The notes under the pieces are model-generated. The model worked only from the letters and a program-made list of their open reading frames with translations. It did not search any database and was not told where the DNA came from. DNA of 64,000 bases from Promethearchaeota archaeon Loki_b32 (GTDB lineage Archaea > Asgardarchaeota > Lokiarchaeia > Sigyniarchaeales > SOKP01): positions 97,507 through 161,506 of the forward strand of contig NJBH01000006.1 in the NCBI GenBank assembly GCA_005223125.1. The letters are read 5' to 3'. Each line of letters begins with the position of its first letter. Positions within the stretch are counted from its first letter, which is position 1. The translations under genes and the position numbers were made by a program. Shown here in pieces: positions 47,578-57,644 of the stretch.

Positions 47578-48717
47578 ATGATAGATAAGGCGCGTATAGA
47601 AAATAACTTGAAAGAGTTTTCTTTTCCAAGATTATCTGGAACAGAATTTGAAAAGAAATCTTTTAATATTATGAAGCAAAAAATCGAAGATTTAAATCTT
47701 ATTCCGTTAATTCAAGAATTCTCATTTAGCACTTTCTATTCAAGAATCTATCCAAAATTATCTTTAACCTTATTAAGCTGGCTTCTTGTAGTCTTATTTT
47801 TAAATTTCCATGTGATTTTTACTATTGTTAATTTATCTTTAATTTTTATTTTAATTTTAATTCTAATTATATTTACACGAAATCCAGAGACAATTAAGGT
47901 AGGACGTGAATATCATTCTCAAAATTTATATGTGAAATTAACGTCTCAATCTAAGAATTCAAACTCAGATTATAATATTTTCCTCTTATCACATTTAGAT
48001 TCAAAAGGACAAGCATTCTCAATAAAAATACGCATCCAATTGTATTATATATGGATACTTTCTTTTCTTTTAACCCTATTTATTATCCTGCTAACTGAAG
48101 TTTTGCTATTATTATATTTTTTTTCAATTTTAATCTTGAGCATTAATTGCATAGCATCTCTATTGATTTGGTTGAATACAACCAATAATAAATCTAAAGG
48201 AGCAATAGATAATGCATCTGGAATATCATGTGTATTAGAATTGCTACATTATTATTCAAATCCGAAAAATAGGCTTAAAAATTATGATATGTGGTTTGTG
48301 TTTACCGGTGCAGAAGAATCTGGTACTATGGGAGTAAGAAATTTCTACAAGTATATGAGAGATTTTGATAGAGAAAAGACTTTTATATCAAATTTTGATT
48401 CAATCGCTAATAGAGTAAATTTATGGGATCATGGCCTCCTTACAAAAAAAAATATTAAATCTTTCGAATACCTTTTACAAAATAAAGAAATAATGAATAT
48501 AGTGAAAACAAGAAGATTCTACATTGGTACATATACTGACGGTTTATTTCTCCTAAATAAGGGTTTCCAAGGTCTAGGTAGTGGCGATAAAAGCACCTAT
48601 AATTATGTCCATTCTATTAATGATGATGTAGATAAAGTAAATATTAATATTTTGAAAAAACTCTGCCAATTTTATACAATTTTATTAAATGAAGTTGATA
48701 TTAATTTTCAAAAATAA
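47578..48717 (+). CDS. M28 family metallopeptidase with transmembrane insertions
   Basis: PRLSGT, SHLDSK, GAIDNASG, GAEE.G..G, NFD, HS..D. Confidence 0.8.
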   Translation: MIDKARIENNLKEFSFPRLSGTEFEKKSFNIMKQKIEDLNLIPLIQEFSFSTFYSRIYPKLSLTLLSWLLVVLFLNFHVIFTIVNLSLIFILILILIIFTRNPETIKVGREYHSQNLYVKLTSQSKNSNSDYNIFLLSHLDSKGQAFSIKIRIQLYYIWILSFLLTLFIILLTEVLLLLYFFSILILSINCIASLLIWLNTTNNKSKGAIDNASGISCVLELLHYYSNPKNRLKNYDMWFVFTGAEESGTMGVRNFYKYMRDFDREKTFISNFDSIANRVNLWDHGLLTKKNIKSFEYLLQNKEIMNIVKTRRFYIGTYTDGLFLLNKGFQGLGSGDKSTYNYVHSINDDVDKVNINILKKLCQFYTILLNEVDINFQK

Positions 48718-50273
48718 TCTTAGAGAGCGGATTAGCAATCGAGTTTAATAGGAAGGAATTAGGGGTGGTTATGACTCCCCCTAAAACAGCAGAATATATA
48801 ATATCAAGATTAGGGGATATTAAAAATAACCAGAAAATTTTAGATCCATGCGTTGGACCAGGCATTTTTATTAAAAAATTAATAGAATTCGGAGTTGCAA
48901 AGAATCAGATATTTACATATGATATAAATTCAAGTTTTAAAAGTGAAATAGAACCACTCGGAGTTTCTTTTAAAGCACAGGATACACTTATAGCTTTATA
49001 TCCAGATTCATATAATGAATTCGATTTTATTATAGGAAATCCTCCATATCTAAATAAGGCAAGTGCTTATGTTCGTAAAAATAAATTAAAACTAAGAAAA
49101 ATTTATGGGAAAATAAACGCTCATGAAACGTATGCAATGTTTATTGTTAATAGTATTTGGCGTTTAAAAGAAGGAGGAAAATTGGGTTTTATTACCAGTG
49201 ATTCATTTTTAACTCTAAGTACCCATAAAAAACTAAGGAAATTTATTCTCAATAATTGTATAATTAATGAAATTCTTTTAGCTCCAAAAAATTTATTTTC
49301 TGATCAAAAGGTAAGTACAAGTCCCGTTATTGTCATTTTAACAAAATGTTCTGGCCAGAAAAATAAAAAGATTAGAGAAAATAATGTGATAAGGATAATC
49401 CCTAGAGTAAATAACGAGGATGATTACCAATCTCCCTCCCATGTTAATGAATTAAGGCAAATTAAATATAATTCTTTACCATTTAACATATTTTATACTA
49501 ATGTTGATGAAGAAGTTATTGAATTATTTGAAAAAGCCCCTAAGTTAGAAGAATTCTTGAAAGGTTTTATTGGAATGCACACACATAATAATAGAAAATA
49601 TATTGCTGCTATTGAAGGTACAGAACTAGCTGAGGTGTTTAAAAACAGAAATATAAAGAGCAATGATTCGAGTAAAAAATTTAATATTATTGAGAGAAAA
49701 GTTTTTGAAACAGGTAAATGGAAGCCTTATTTAAAACGAGGTGGAGCAGATCAATATTATCGACCAATAATGGAAGCCTTGGATTGGAGTGAAGAATCTA
49801 TAAAAATTTATGATATTCCAAAAAATGTACCATTTGAAGAGGAAGGGATAATAATAAGCGGAGTAAGCTCAAGATTAGCAGCACGTTATATGCCATGGGG
49901 ATGCTATTGGGATTCTAATAAAGCAATCGGATTTATTAAAAAAAAATCTATGTCCATTACATATATGCTAGGTTTGCTGAATAGCTCTTTATATAATTAT
50001 CTGGCAAAAGGAATTATCAATAATACTAGTAGTATACAAATTACTGGTGTCCATGCATTACCCTTTATTGAACCTGAATATGAGATTAAAGAAAAAGTAG
50101 AAATTATTGTCAAGTCAATTATTAAAAATAAAGAGAAAAACTTGAAATATGATTATAATAAAGAGCAAAAAGTAATTGATGATGTTATTTTTAGCTTTTA
50201 TGCTCGAAAATTTAAATTCCCTAACAATTTAAAGCAAAAATTAGATCAGGAATATTCAATTTATTGCAATTAA
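48714..50273 (+). CDS. N6-adenine DNA methyltransferase (Eco57I/TaqI-like), orphan; probable ATA start
   Basis: ILDPCVGPG, IIGNPPY, GFITSDSFL, LGLLNS. The in-frame RKELGVVMTP motif begins upstream of the track GTG (48765). Confidence 0.85.
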   Translation: MILESGLAIEFNRKELGVVMTPPKTAEYIISRLGDIKNNQKILDPCVGPGIFIKKLIEFGVAKNQIFTYDINSSFKSEIEPLGVSFKAQDTLIALYPDSYNEFDFIIGNPPYLNKASAYVRKNKLKLRKIYGKINAHETYAMFIVNSIWRLKEGGKLGFITSDSFLTLSTHKKLRKFILNNCIINEILLAPKNLFSDQKVSTSPVIVILTKCSGQKNKKIRENNVIRIIPRVNNEDDYQSPSHVNELRQIKYNSLPFNIFYTNVDEEVIELFEKAPKLEEFLKGFIGMHTHNNRKYIAAIEGTELAEVFKNRNIKSNDSSKKFNIIERKVFETGKWKPYLKRGGADQYYRPIMEALDWSEESIKIYDIPKNVPFEEEGIIISGVSSRLAARYMPWGCYWDSNKAIGFIKKKSMSITYMLGLLNSSLYNYLAKGIINNTSSIQITGVHALPFIEPEYEIKEKVEIIVKSIIKNKEKNLKYDYNKEQKVIDDVIFSFYARKFKFPNNLKQKLDQEYSIYCN

Positions 50274-52087
50274 ATTTTTTCTCCCTTACTTTCTTGTTCA
50301 TATTTCTTTCTTCGGTCTTTTAAATATTCTGGTATTGGAATATCCCACCAACCCACAGCAGGAGATCCAGTGAAGGGATATTCCCTTTGAACTTCAATTT
50401 CTATCACTGCTGGTTTTCCTGACTTAGCAGCTCTTTCAAGTGTAGGAATTATCTCGTCTTTTCTAGAAATTTTTTCAGAATAGCACCCAAATGCTTCACC
50501 GATTTTAGCAAAATCAGGAGAATATGTATTTCCATCTTTATCATGAAAGGCTGTACCATAACCCCGATCTTCACCAAAAGCTGCTTGTTGTAAATCCTTA
50601 ATTGCAATCCAACCATGATTATTAAGAACAATAAAGAAGATATTATCAAATCCGAGTTGAACCGCCATTGACAATTCTGATATAGTCATCATAAAATCCC
50701 CGTCTCCAACAAGTGCAACAACTTGTCTATTTGGTTTTCCTATATCTATTGAACCTAGTTTAGCTCCAATTGCTGCCGGAATACTATAACCCATTGTTGA
50801 GAAACCACCAGCAGTAAGACATGTTTTAGGTTCATAAAACTCTAAGTCTTGGAGCATCTGAGCTTGCACATTTCCAGAGCTAGTTACTACTACAGCATCT
50901 CGGTCAAAAAACTTCCTAACCTCCCTTAAAACGGTAGATATCATTACTGGGATTTTTGAATCATCTCGATTTTCATCGAGAAATTTAAACCACTTAATTT
51001 TCTCTTCTTGAATTTCTTTAAAGTAATCAGTATTCTTATAATTCCTTGAATAATCTCCTAATTCCTCTAAAATCTGGTTCAGACAAGCTTTAGCATCCCC
51101 AACTATTCCTAATGTAATTGGATAATTCTTCCCAATTTCATGAGGGTCGATGTCAATTTGAATAAGTTTTGTTGGTGGAATGGAAAAACTTACACCATCT
51201 TTATATGAACTCGCAGTTTCATCAGCGAATCTACAACCTATTGCTAGGATAATGTCAGCTGTAGAAGTCATTTTTAATCCAACCGTTGTACCTTTTGAAC
51301 CAGCTGACCAACAATAAAGTGGATGAGAATTATCAATAATATCTTTACCCATCATAGTAACCACTACTGCTGCACCTATTTTTTCTGCTAGTACTTTTAT
51401 CTCCTCGCTAGTATTTGAAGAGATTGCTCCTCCACCTATAAATAAAACAGGTCTTTTTGAATCTTTAATTAATTGTGCTGCTTTCTTTATAATCTCAGGA
51501 TCGCCCCTTATACGTCCAATTGGTCTTCTTTCTAAAGGTTCTGGAATTTTTACTTCGATAGAATTCGCTTGTACATCCATAGGGAGATCGATATGAACTG
51601 GTCCTCTTCTTCCTGTTAACATAATATTAAAAGCTCTCTGCATTATTGTTGCAAGTTGTCCTACTGTATCAACCTCAAAACTACGTTTTACTATAGGTTC
51701 CAAAATTTTGGGCATACTAGAATCCTTTTTTCTCTCAATTTCTTGGAGTACACCTTTCCCTCTCATATGAACATGAGTATCTCCAGTAATTATAAGACAA
51801 GGAAAAGAATCAACAAAAGCATCGGCAATACCAATTGCTGTATTAATTGCTCCAGGTCCAATTGAAGTAAAAACACATAGAGGCTTTCCAGTAACTCTAT
51901 AATATCCCACTGCGAGATGAACTCCAGACATCTCTTGCTTAGGCTGAATCAACTGAATTTTATCCTTATCTTTGAAGAAAGCATCTACAAGCGGAAGATT
52001 TCCGTGACCAGGGATTCCGATAATATATTTCACTCCCTCCTTTATTAAATATTTGGAGATAATCTCTCCACCAGTATACTTTGGCAT
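50270..52087 (-). CDS. Thiamine-pyrophosphate enzyme (acetolactate synthase/IolD-like)
   Basis: GIPGHGN, TSIGPG, GPVHIDLP, MGY, GDGDF...NN. Confidence 0.88.
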   Translation of the reverse strand: MPKYTGGEIISKYLIKEGVKYIIGIPGHGNLPLVDAFFKDKDKIQLIQPKQEMSGVHLAVGYYRVTGKPLCVFTSIGPGAINTAIGIADAFVDSFPCLIITGDTHVHMRGKGVLQEIERKKDSSMPKILEPIVKRSFEVDTVGQLATIMQRAFNIMLTGRRGPVHIDLPMDVQANSIEVKIPEPLERRPIGRIRGDPEIIKKAAQLIKDSKRPVLFIGGGAISSNTSEEIKVLAEKIGAAVVVTMMGKDIIDNSHPLYCWSAGSKGTTVGLKMTSTADIILAIGCRFADETASSYKDGVSFSIPPTKLIQIDIDPHEIGKNYPITLGIVGDAKACLNQILEELGDYSRNYKNTDYFKEIQEEKIKWFKFLDENRDDSKIPVMISTVLREVRKFFDRDAVVVTSSGNVQAQMLQDLEFYEPKTCLTAGGFSTMGYSIPAAIGAKLGSIDIGKPNRQVVALVGDGDFMMTISELSMAVQLGFDNIFFIVLNNHGWIAIKDLQQAAFGEDRGYGTAFHDKDGNTYSPDFAKIGEAFGCYSEKISRKDEIIPTLERAAKSGKPAVIEIEVQREYPFTGSPAVGWWDIPIPEYLKDRRKKYEQESKGEKI

Positions 52088-52288
52088 TTTATAATCTATT
52101 CAATTCTTAAGTTTTTATTGAATATAATGTGATATTATAAAAATAGATATTAGTTTGTTTATCAGCAACTGTATAGAAATTTTTTTTCAACAAAATTAAC
52201 TTGAAAATTCAATATCCCCCTTCTTTTTATAAGGCAAATATCAAGAGTTAAACATATATAAAGTAAGAAGTTATAAAATTCTGCTTAA

Positions 52289-53629
52289 TTGTTGGGTAAA
52301 GTGCCTTCCGTCTTAGAAAAGATTCGAATTTTAGGAGAAAATTCTAAATATGATATATGTGCCAGTACTGCTTCCAGTCGTACAAATAAATATCCAAAAC
52401 TATTTGGAGATTCAAAGAAATGGATTGGGGCTACAGCAAGTGCGGGGATTTGCCATAGCTATTCTCCAGATGGTCGATGTATGAGCCTTTTCAAAACTCT
52501 ATACACTAATAAATGTATCTATAATTGTAAATACTGTTTTTCTCAAAGTTGTAGGCATAAGATGAGCTTTACTCCAGAAGAATATGCTCGTACGTTTATG
52601 AAACTCTATTCGATGAATGTGGTTGAGGGTGTATTCATTTCATCAGCGGTTTGTGGTAGTGCCGATGATACAACCGAAGAAATGCTGGAAGCGATTCGAC
52701 TTCTTCGATTTAAATATAATTTTCGGGGCTATGTACATTTTAAGTGTTTACCGGGTGTAAGCCAATATCTTCTAAAAGAAGCAATAAGTCTATCAGATAG
52801 GATTTCAATCAACTCAGAAGCGTCAACTAAAGAGCATCTTGCTGAAATTGCAGACCAGAAAGATTTTAAAAATGATATCATAATGCGTCAACGCTGGTTA
52901 AAACAAATTCGTGTCAAACATAACGATGAAACACTAAAATTCATGAAAGATTTGAAACAAGATAATCAATTAAAATACCAAGAAGCAATGATTAAGGAAC
53001 GAAGAGAAGATGGATATAAAAAGTTCAGATGGGATGGTGCTCCAATTCTTAATAGTGGACAAACAACCCAGTTTGTAGTGGGTGCCGCGGAAAGTGAAAG
53101 TGATTATGATCTACTTAAAAGAATTGATTGGGGATATAAAGAAATTGATCTTAGGAGAGCATATTTTTCTTCTTTTATACCGATAGAAGGAACACCGTTA
53201 GCAAGTAAACAAGCTGCTCCTTTAACAAGAGAACACCGATTATATCAAAGTGATTGGCTACTGCGGATCTATCATTATAAATTAAAAGATTTAAAAGAAA
53301 TATTGACTGAAGACAATAATTTACCTATAGGTGATCCCAAAATTCACTTGGCAAGACAATACTTTAAGGATCATGGACCAGTGGATCCAAACTTAGCTGG
53401 TTTCCAAGAGTTATTAAAAGTTCCGGGAATTGGTCCAATCTCTGCTAAGCGGATAATCAATTTACGATCCCGAAAATTTAAATTTAAACGCCGACAAGAT
53501 CTAAAAGCTGTGGGTGTTGTGCTTAAAAGGGCTGATCCTTATCTGTTATTAAACGGAACAAATCAAACTACCATTCAAAATTTCATTGATCCAAATAATA
53601 GTAAATTTTTACAGAGGGAAATTGTATGA
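52289..53629 (+). CDS. Putative DNA modification/repair radical SAM protein with HhH
   Basis: KYDICAS, GICHS, CIYNCKYC, GQTTQFVVG, REHRLYQSDWLLR, VPGIG. Confidence 0.88.
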   Translation: MLGKVPSVLEKIRILGENSKYDICASTASSRTNKYPKLFGDSKKWIGATASAGICHSYSPDGRCMSLFKTLYTNKCIYNCKYCFSQSCRHKMSFTPEEYARTFMKLYSMNVVEGVFISSAVCGSADDTTEEMLEAIRLLRFKYNFRGYVHFKCLPGVSQYLLKEAISLSDRISINSEASTKEHLAEIADQKDFKNDIIMRQRWLKQIRVKHNDETLKFMKDLKQDNQLKYQEAMIKERREDGYKKFRWDGAPILNSGQTTQFVVGAAESESDYDLLKRIDWGYKEIDLRRAYFSSFIPIEGTPLASKQAAPLTREHRLYQSDWLLRIYHYKLKDLKEILTEDNNLPIGDPKIHLARQYFKDHGPVDPNLAGFQELLKVPGIGPISAKRIINLRSRKFKFKRRQDLKAVGVVLKRADPYLLLNGTNQTTIQNFIDPNNSKFLQREIV

Positions 53630-54288
53630 AAAAGGAGATAAATGAAAAAGATCCATTACAAGTCGTTGGATGTGCTAAAGGCCATTCACATGAAGAATTA
53701 ATACATAATTTGCCTCGTCATTATAATTATACACCAAACCTCATCCAGAAGATTAAAGAAATACCAGAAGTTATCTTACGTAATTCAGGTACTTTAATCG
53801 CAAAGAAGGTTAATCGTATGATGAGAGAAGTGACTACTGAAGCATATCGTTCTAAACAGTTTACTCGTACTGAAATGAATAATCGAGGCGTCCTATTTGG
53901 AGTTGTATTACTCAAACATCGAGTGATGGATTTAGTCTTAAAGTATTTTCATGAAAGATGGCCAGAGTGCATAATTTGTTTGTACAATGAACATTCTGGT
54001 AAAACGGGGATTATAAATGAAAGAGGGGTGATTCAAGAGATTGATTCTACTCTAAAAAATGTTGTAGAAGGAGTTAGTAAAAATCATTCAGTAATTCCAT
54101 ATTTTGATGATATCCAATTTTCTGGTAGAGAAATCTTCGAGACGCTGTACAAGTCACAATTTATTTCTGAAAGAGAAAACCAGAATTACTTCAAACGGAT
54201 GATCCCTGATAAATGTTTTGAATTACCCGGGATGAGAGGTGGTGTAGAAAAACGTTTTCGAAACAAAAAAATTAATGATTATCTTTAA
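53626..54288 (+). CDS. DUF4130-like partner of the DNA-repair radical SAM protein
   Basis: ATGA overlap with the previous gene. V..EAYR..QF.R, H....L...YF.ERWP, RENQNYFKRMIP. Confidence 0.7.
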   Translation: MKKEINEKDPLQVVGCAKGHSHEELIHNLPRHYNYTPNLIQKIKEIPEVILRNSGTLIAKKVNRMMREVTTEAYRSKQFTRTEMNNRGVLFGVVLLKHRVMDLVLKYFHERWPECIICLYNEHSGKTGIINERGVIQEIDSTLKNVVEGVSKNHSVIPYFDDIQFSGREIFETLYKSQFISERENQNYFKRMIPDKCFELPGMRGGVEKRFRNKKINDYL

Positions 54289-54509
54289 TTTCATATTATT
54301 TTCAAAAACAATTCTATTGATGAGAATAAATTTTATGTGTAACTGTACTTAAAGCTGAAAGTATTTAATCTTCTTAGGCTTTGGCTTTGCTGATAATTTA
54401 TCAAATGATTTTAATTGGGTTCAAGGTTAATCAAAAATAAAACGTATAAATTTACAGAATTCTTTTCTATCACTTAATTAATCTAAAAATAGAGGTGTAA
54501 AATAATAAT

Positions 54510-54734
54510 ATGTCAAAATGTCCATATTGTAAGAGCGAAGTTTCTTTAGAAGATTTTTTCCATCATTCTTCAAAAATAACGAAAAAAGGAAAGCCTAAAA
54601 TAAAATTAGGAGAATTTAAAGGAGTGCAAATGAAACAATGGTTAGGAAAAACCAAGAGCGTTCTAGTTTATGTAAGAATGTGGGCGTGTCCATTGTGTGA
54701 TACTATTTTAGGTTTTTCTGAATTTCATTTGTAA
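54510..54734 (+). CDS. Small zinc-finger protein
   Basis: CPYC...CPLC, upstream GAGGTG SD. Confidence 0.7.
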   Translation: MSKCPYCKSEVSLEDFFHHSSKITKKGKPKIKLGEFKGVQMKQWLGKTKSVLVYVRMWACPLCDTILGFSEFHL

Positions 54735-54927
54735 TTAGCTGAAAATGTAATTAATATAATGTATAATAGTTTAAAGAAGGAAATTTGTCTTGTTGTAGAA
54801 AAATATAATTCCTAAAAAAAGTATTTAATTTTTTTTTCCCTTTTACCCCACTTTAGATAAAATCTCTTTAATCTTATTCACTTGTGATTGTGAAAATCTG
54901 GAGTTCACATTCTTTTTTTTAAAGAAA

Positions 54928-55095
54928 ATGGGTATTACTTTAATTGTCGTTCCCCACACATTAGATTATGATGAGTTTCAGAATTATATTGAGGAAGAAT
55001 ATAAAAAACTAACGGGAAAGGAAATAAAAACCAAATATAAATACAATTGGAAAACGTTTAAACGAGAAAATCTAGATTTATCAAAGTTTTTATAG
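54928..55095 (+). pseudogene. 55-codon ORF, probable C-terminal gene fragment
   Basis: MGITLIVVPHTLDYDEFQNYIEEEYKKL... reads like the terminal strand-helix of a PD-(D/E)xK/Vsr-like domain. The upstream in-frame sequence looks non-coding. Confidence 0.3.
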
Positions 55096-55110
55096 TACAC
55101 TCAAAAAACC

Positions 55111-55890
55111 TTAAATAATAGTAGAATATAATTGTTTTACCGTTTTATATGGTTTGCTCTCATTAGGTAGGTCTAGGAGATTTTCCCCGACTATATTCAT
55201 TCTACTGATTTCATCGCTATTTTCAATAAACCCAAGGAGCTTTACATATTCTTCTTTAATGTTAGCAACTTCTTTTTCTAAAATATCTCTTAAGGAGTTT
55301 TCTGGAAAACGATTCCCAAGGATCCATATGTTTTCAAATCGTAAATCTACCTCTTTCGATACTTCTAATATCCGTTTCATAGTATGGATTCCCATTTTAG
55401 AGGGATCGCTTACAATAACTAAATCTGTTACGGTACGACCCGTTTTTCGGGCAAAATATTCAAGCCCCGCGGGAGCATCGATGAGTACGATATCATAGTT
55501 TTTCGCTAATATATCGATGATGCGTTTCAAATAATTATTAATGCTACAATAGCATCCCTCTCCTTCTGATCGACCCATTTCTAAAATATCGAACAGATCC
55601 ATTTCAATGAGGGCTTCAAATACCTCGGATTCGACGATTTGATCTTTAGACACCTCGAGAGGTATTTGTCTTTTTTGAATTTTACGTTTCAGCTCAGCCA
55701 TTTTACCTCCGACGGTTTCTTTAAAATGAATGTCTTTCCCGATGATGTCTCCAATGTTTGCATCGGGATCGGCATCAATTACGAGGATGTTAAGGTCTTT
55801 AAACTTTTCAAGGAGATACTTTAGCATTAAGACGAGGAGGGTGGATTTTCCTACCCCACCCTTTCCGGAAAATGATATAATTTTTTTCAT
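55111..55890 (-). CDS. cooC: CO dehydrogenase/ACS nickel-insertion ATPase (CooC/AcsF)
   Basis: SGKGGVGKS, IDADPD, GEGCYC, D..AGLE. Confidence 0.88.
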   Translation of the reverse strand: MKKIISFSGKGGVGKSTLLVLMLKYLLEKFKDLNILVIDADPDANIGDIIGKDIHFKETVGGKMAELKRKIQKRQIPLEVSKDQIVESEVFEALIEMDLFDILEMGRSEGEGCYCSINNYLKRIIDILAKNYDIVLIDAPAGLEYFARKTGRTVTDLVIVSDPSKMGIHTMKRILEVSKEVDLRFENIWILGNRFPENSLRDILEKEVANIKEEYVKLLGFIENSDEISRMNIVGENLLDLPNESKPYKTVKQLYSTII

Positions 55891-56036
55891 TAGAATTATC
55901 TCAAAATTAGTCTTTAATCTTTATGTAAAGAAAATTGAATTAAGATTAAAAATTTATTATGAATAATTCAAAACTTAAAGGGGTAGAATTGAAAGAATTA
56001 TAAATTCAATTAATAGAGAAATTAATAAATAATAAA

Positions 56037-56924
56037 TTATCTTCTTGATTGTCCTCTTGATTGCCCTCTTGATTGCCCTCTTGATTGCCCTCTTGATTGA
56101 TCTCTTGATTGAGTTTGTTGATCTTGGCGATATACAGGAACAATTTTAGATGTAAATTCTTCTAAAGTATATGGAAACTCTTCTTCACTTGATATTTTGC
56201 CTAGCTCTAACATTATCTGTCTTGCCAAAAACCAAAATGCCAAACCTAAAGCCTTTTTACCACGGTTATTTGCTGGAACCGCAAGATCTATGCCTGTAAG
56301 AGTATCATCGGTATCAAACAGAGAAACTACTGGAATTCGAGCCAATTTAGCTTCACGCAAAACTACTTTATCGGCATGAGGATCAACAATTACTACAACA
56401 CTCGCATCTTTTATATATGTGTCAATAATAGGATTTGTAAGTGAACCAGGAATAAACCTTGTGGTTATCCCTCTACACCCCAAAACTTCACAGAACTTTT
56501 TTACTGGTTCTTTCCCATATCGTCGAACAGAAGTAACAATAACTCTATCGCTTCCTTCTTCAACGTACTTACTTAGAAATTTAGCTGCAATTATAAGCCG
56601 CTCATCTGTTTGTGTTAAATCAATAACATATAATCCATAATTAGTTTGTCTATAAATAAATCGTCGAGCATCTCCCGTTAATAATTTTGTTCCAATATGT
56701 ATGCCACAACTTAAGTAAAGTTGTTTTCTTTCTTCATCTTTATCGATTAATTCTTCTTTTACTTCAATTCCTGCTTTAATATCTTCAGTATCTAATAAGT
56801 CAAGTTCTTCTTCTAAATCTAAATCTTCTTCAAAATCTATATCTAAATCCTCGCTAAAATCCTTTATCTCATCGTTTTTTTTCTTACTTTCAGGTTCTTC
56901 AGTTTTCTTTTTCTTTCGAGCCAA
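56037..56924 (-). CDS. rps2: 30S ribosomal protein uS2 with N- and C-terminal extensions
   Basis: GIHIGT, GLYVIDL, RFIPGSLTNP, DP..D, DTD, PANNRGKKAL. Confidence 0.95.
   Translation of the reverse strand: MARKKKKTEEPESKKKNDEIKDFSEDLDIDFEEDLDLEEELDLLDTEDIKAGIEVKEELIDKDEERKQLYLSCGIHIGTKLLTGDARRFIYRQTNYGLYVIDLTQTDERLIIAAKFLSKYVEEGSDRVIVTSVRRYGKEPVKKFCEVLGCRGITTRFIPGSLTNPIIDTYIKDASVVVIVDPHADKVVLREAKLARIPVVSLFDTDDTLTGIDLAVPANNRGKKALGLAFWFLARQIMLELGKISSEEEFPYTLEEFTSKIVPVYRQDQQTQSRDQSRGQSRGQSRGQSRGQSRR
56043..56111 (-). repeat. 12-bp tandem repeat x6 encoding QSR(G/D/R)
   Basis: TCTTGATTG recurs at 56043, 56055, 56067, 56079, 56091 and 56103. Confidence 0.95.
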
Positions 56925-57155
56925 AATGGTAGCCTTATTTATTTTTTTCTTACCTTGAATAGATTAAACTATTTTAAAGTTTAACAAATTAGTGAATATA
57001 TAATTGAATACATGATAACTTTAATATTTTATTGAGTAGCTTTTTCTAAAACCTTAAGAACTAAAGTTTTAATATACCACAATAATTTTAATTATTAATA
57101 TATCTTATGGAATATAATTATAATATAGTAATTTAATTCTGTAATGGTTTGAATT

Positions 57156-57644
57156 ATGACATCCTATCGATTAATTATTGGTATCCTTGTTGGTATCACA
57201 CTTAGTTTTTTTACAGTATTTTTCTTTAACATGATGGTTATTGTGGACCAAATTAAATTATTATCAGGGACCAATTTAACAAAAATAGCGTCCTTATTAA
57301 TAGGAGCAAATTTTGATTTCGATATGATCTCTTTTTTCTCTGGATCTCCTTCCATCCTTGGTTTTTTCGCTCCAGAGTTTTTAGCATGGATCTTCATAGG
57401 CTATATTACAGGAACTATAGCAAAAGGTTTAAAACGAGGCACAATAGCAAGTATTTTGGTAGTAATTGTAGTTTTATTGATTTGGATTATATTAAGCATT
57501 ATATCTGGTCAAGATTTAATGGCATTATTTCAAGGAACTCAATTAACTGAAACATTAGGTGGAATAATCAGTGCACTTGTCGGAGTATTACTAGGAGGGT
57601 CAGTTGGGGGATTAGTTAGTGGCCCATATGAAGAATTTTATTAA
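57156..57644 (+). CDS. Gly-rich multi-pass membrane protein, function unknown
   Basis: Four or more hydrophobic segments with GxxxG patterns. Confidence 0.7.
   Translation: MTSYRLIIGILVGITLSFFTVFFFNMMVIVDQIKLLSGTNLTKIASLLIGANFDFDMISFFSGSPSILGFFAPEFLAWIFIGYITGTIAKGLKRGTIASILVVIVVLLIWIILSIISGQDLMALFQGTQLTETLGGIISALVGVLLGGSVGGLVSGPYEEFY

Noticed and set aside
56043-56111. CRISPR-like repeat
   Set aside because: 12-bp period without spacers, in frame within rps2.
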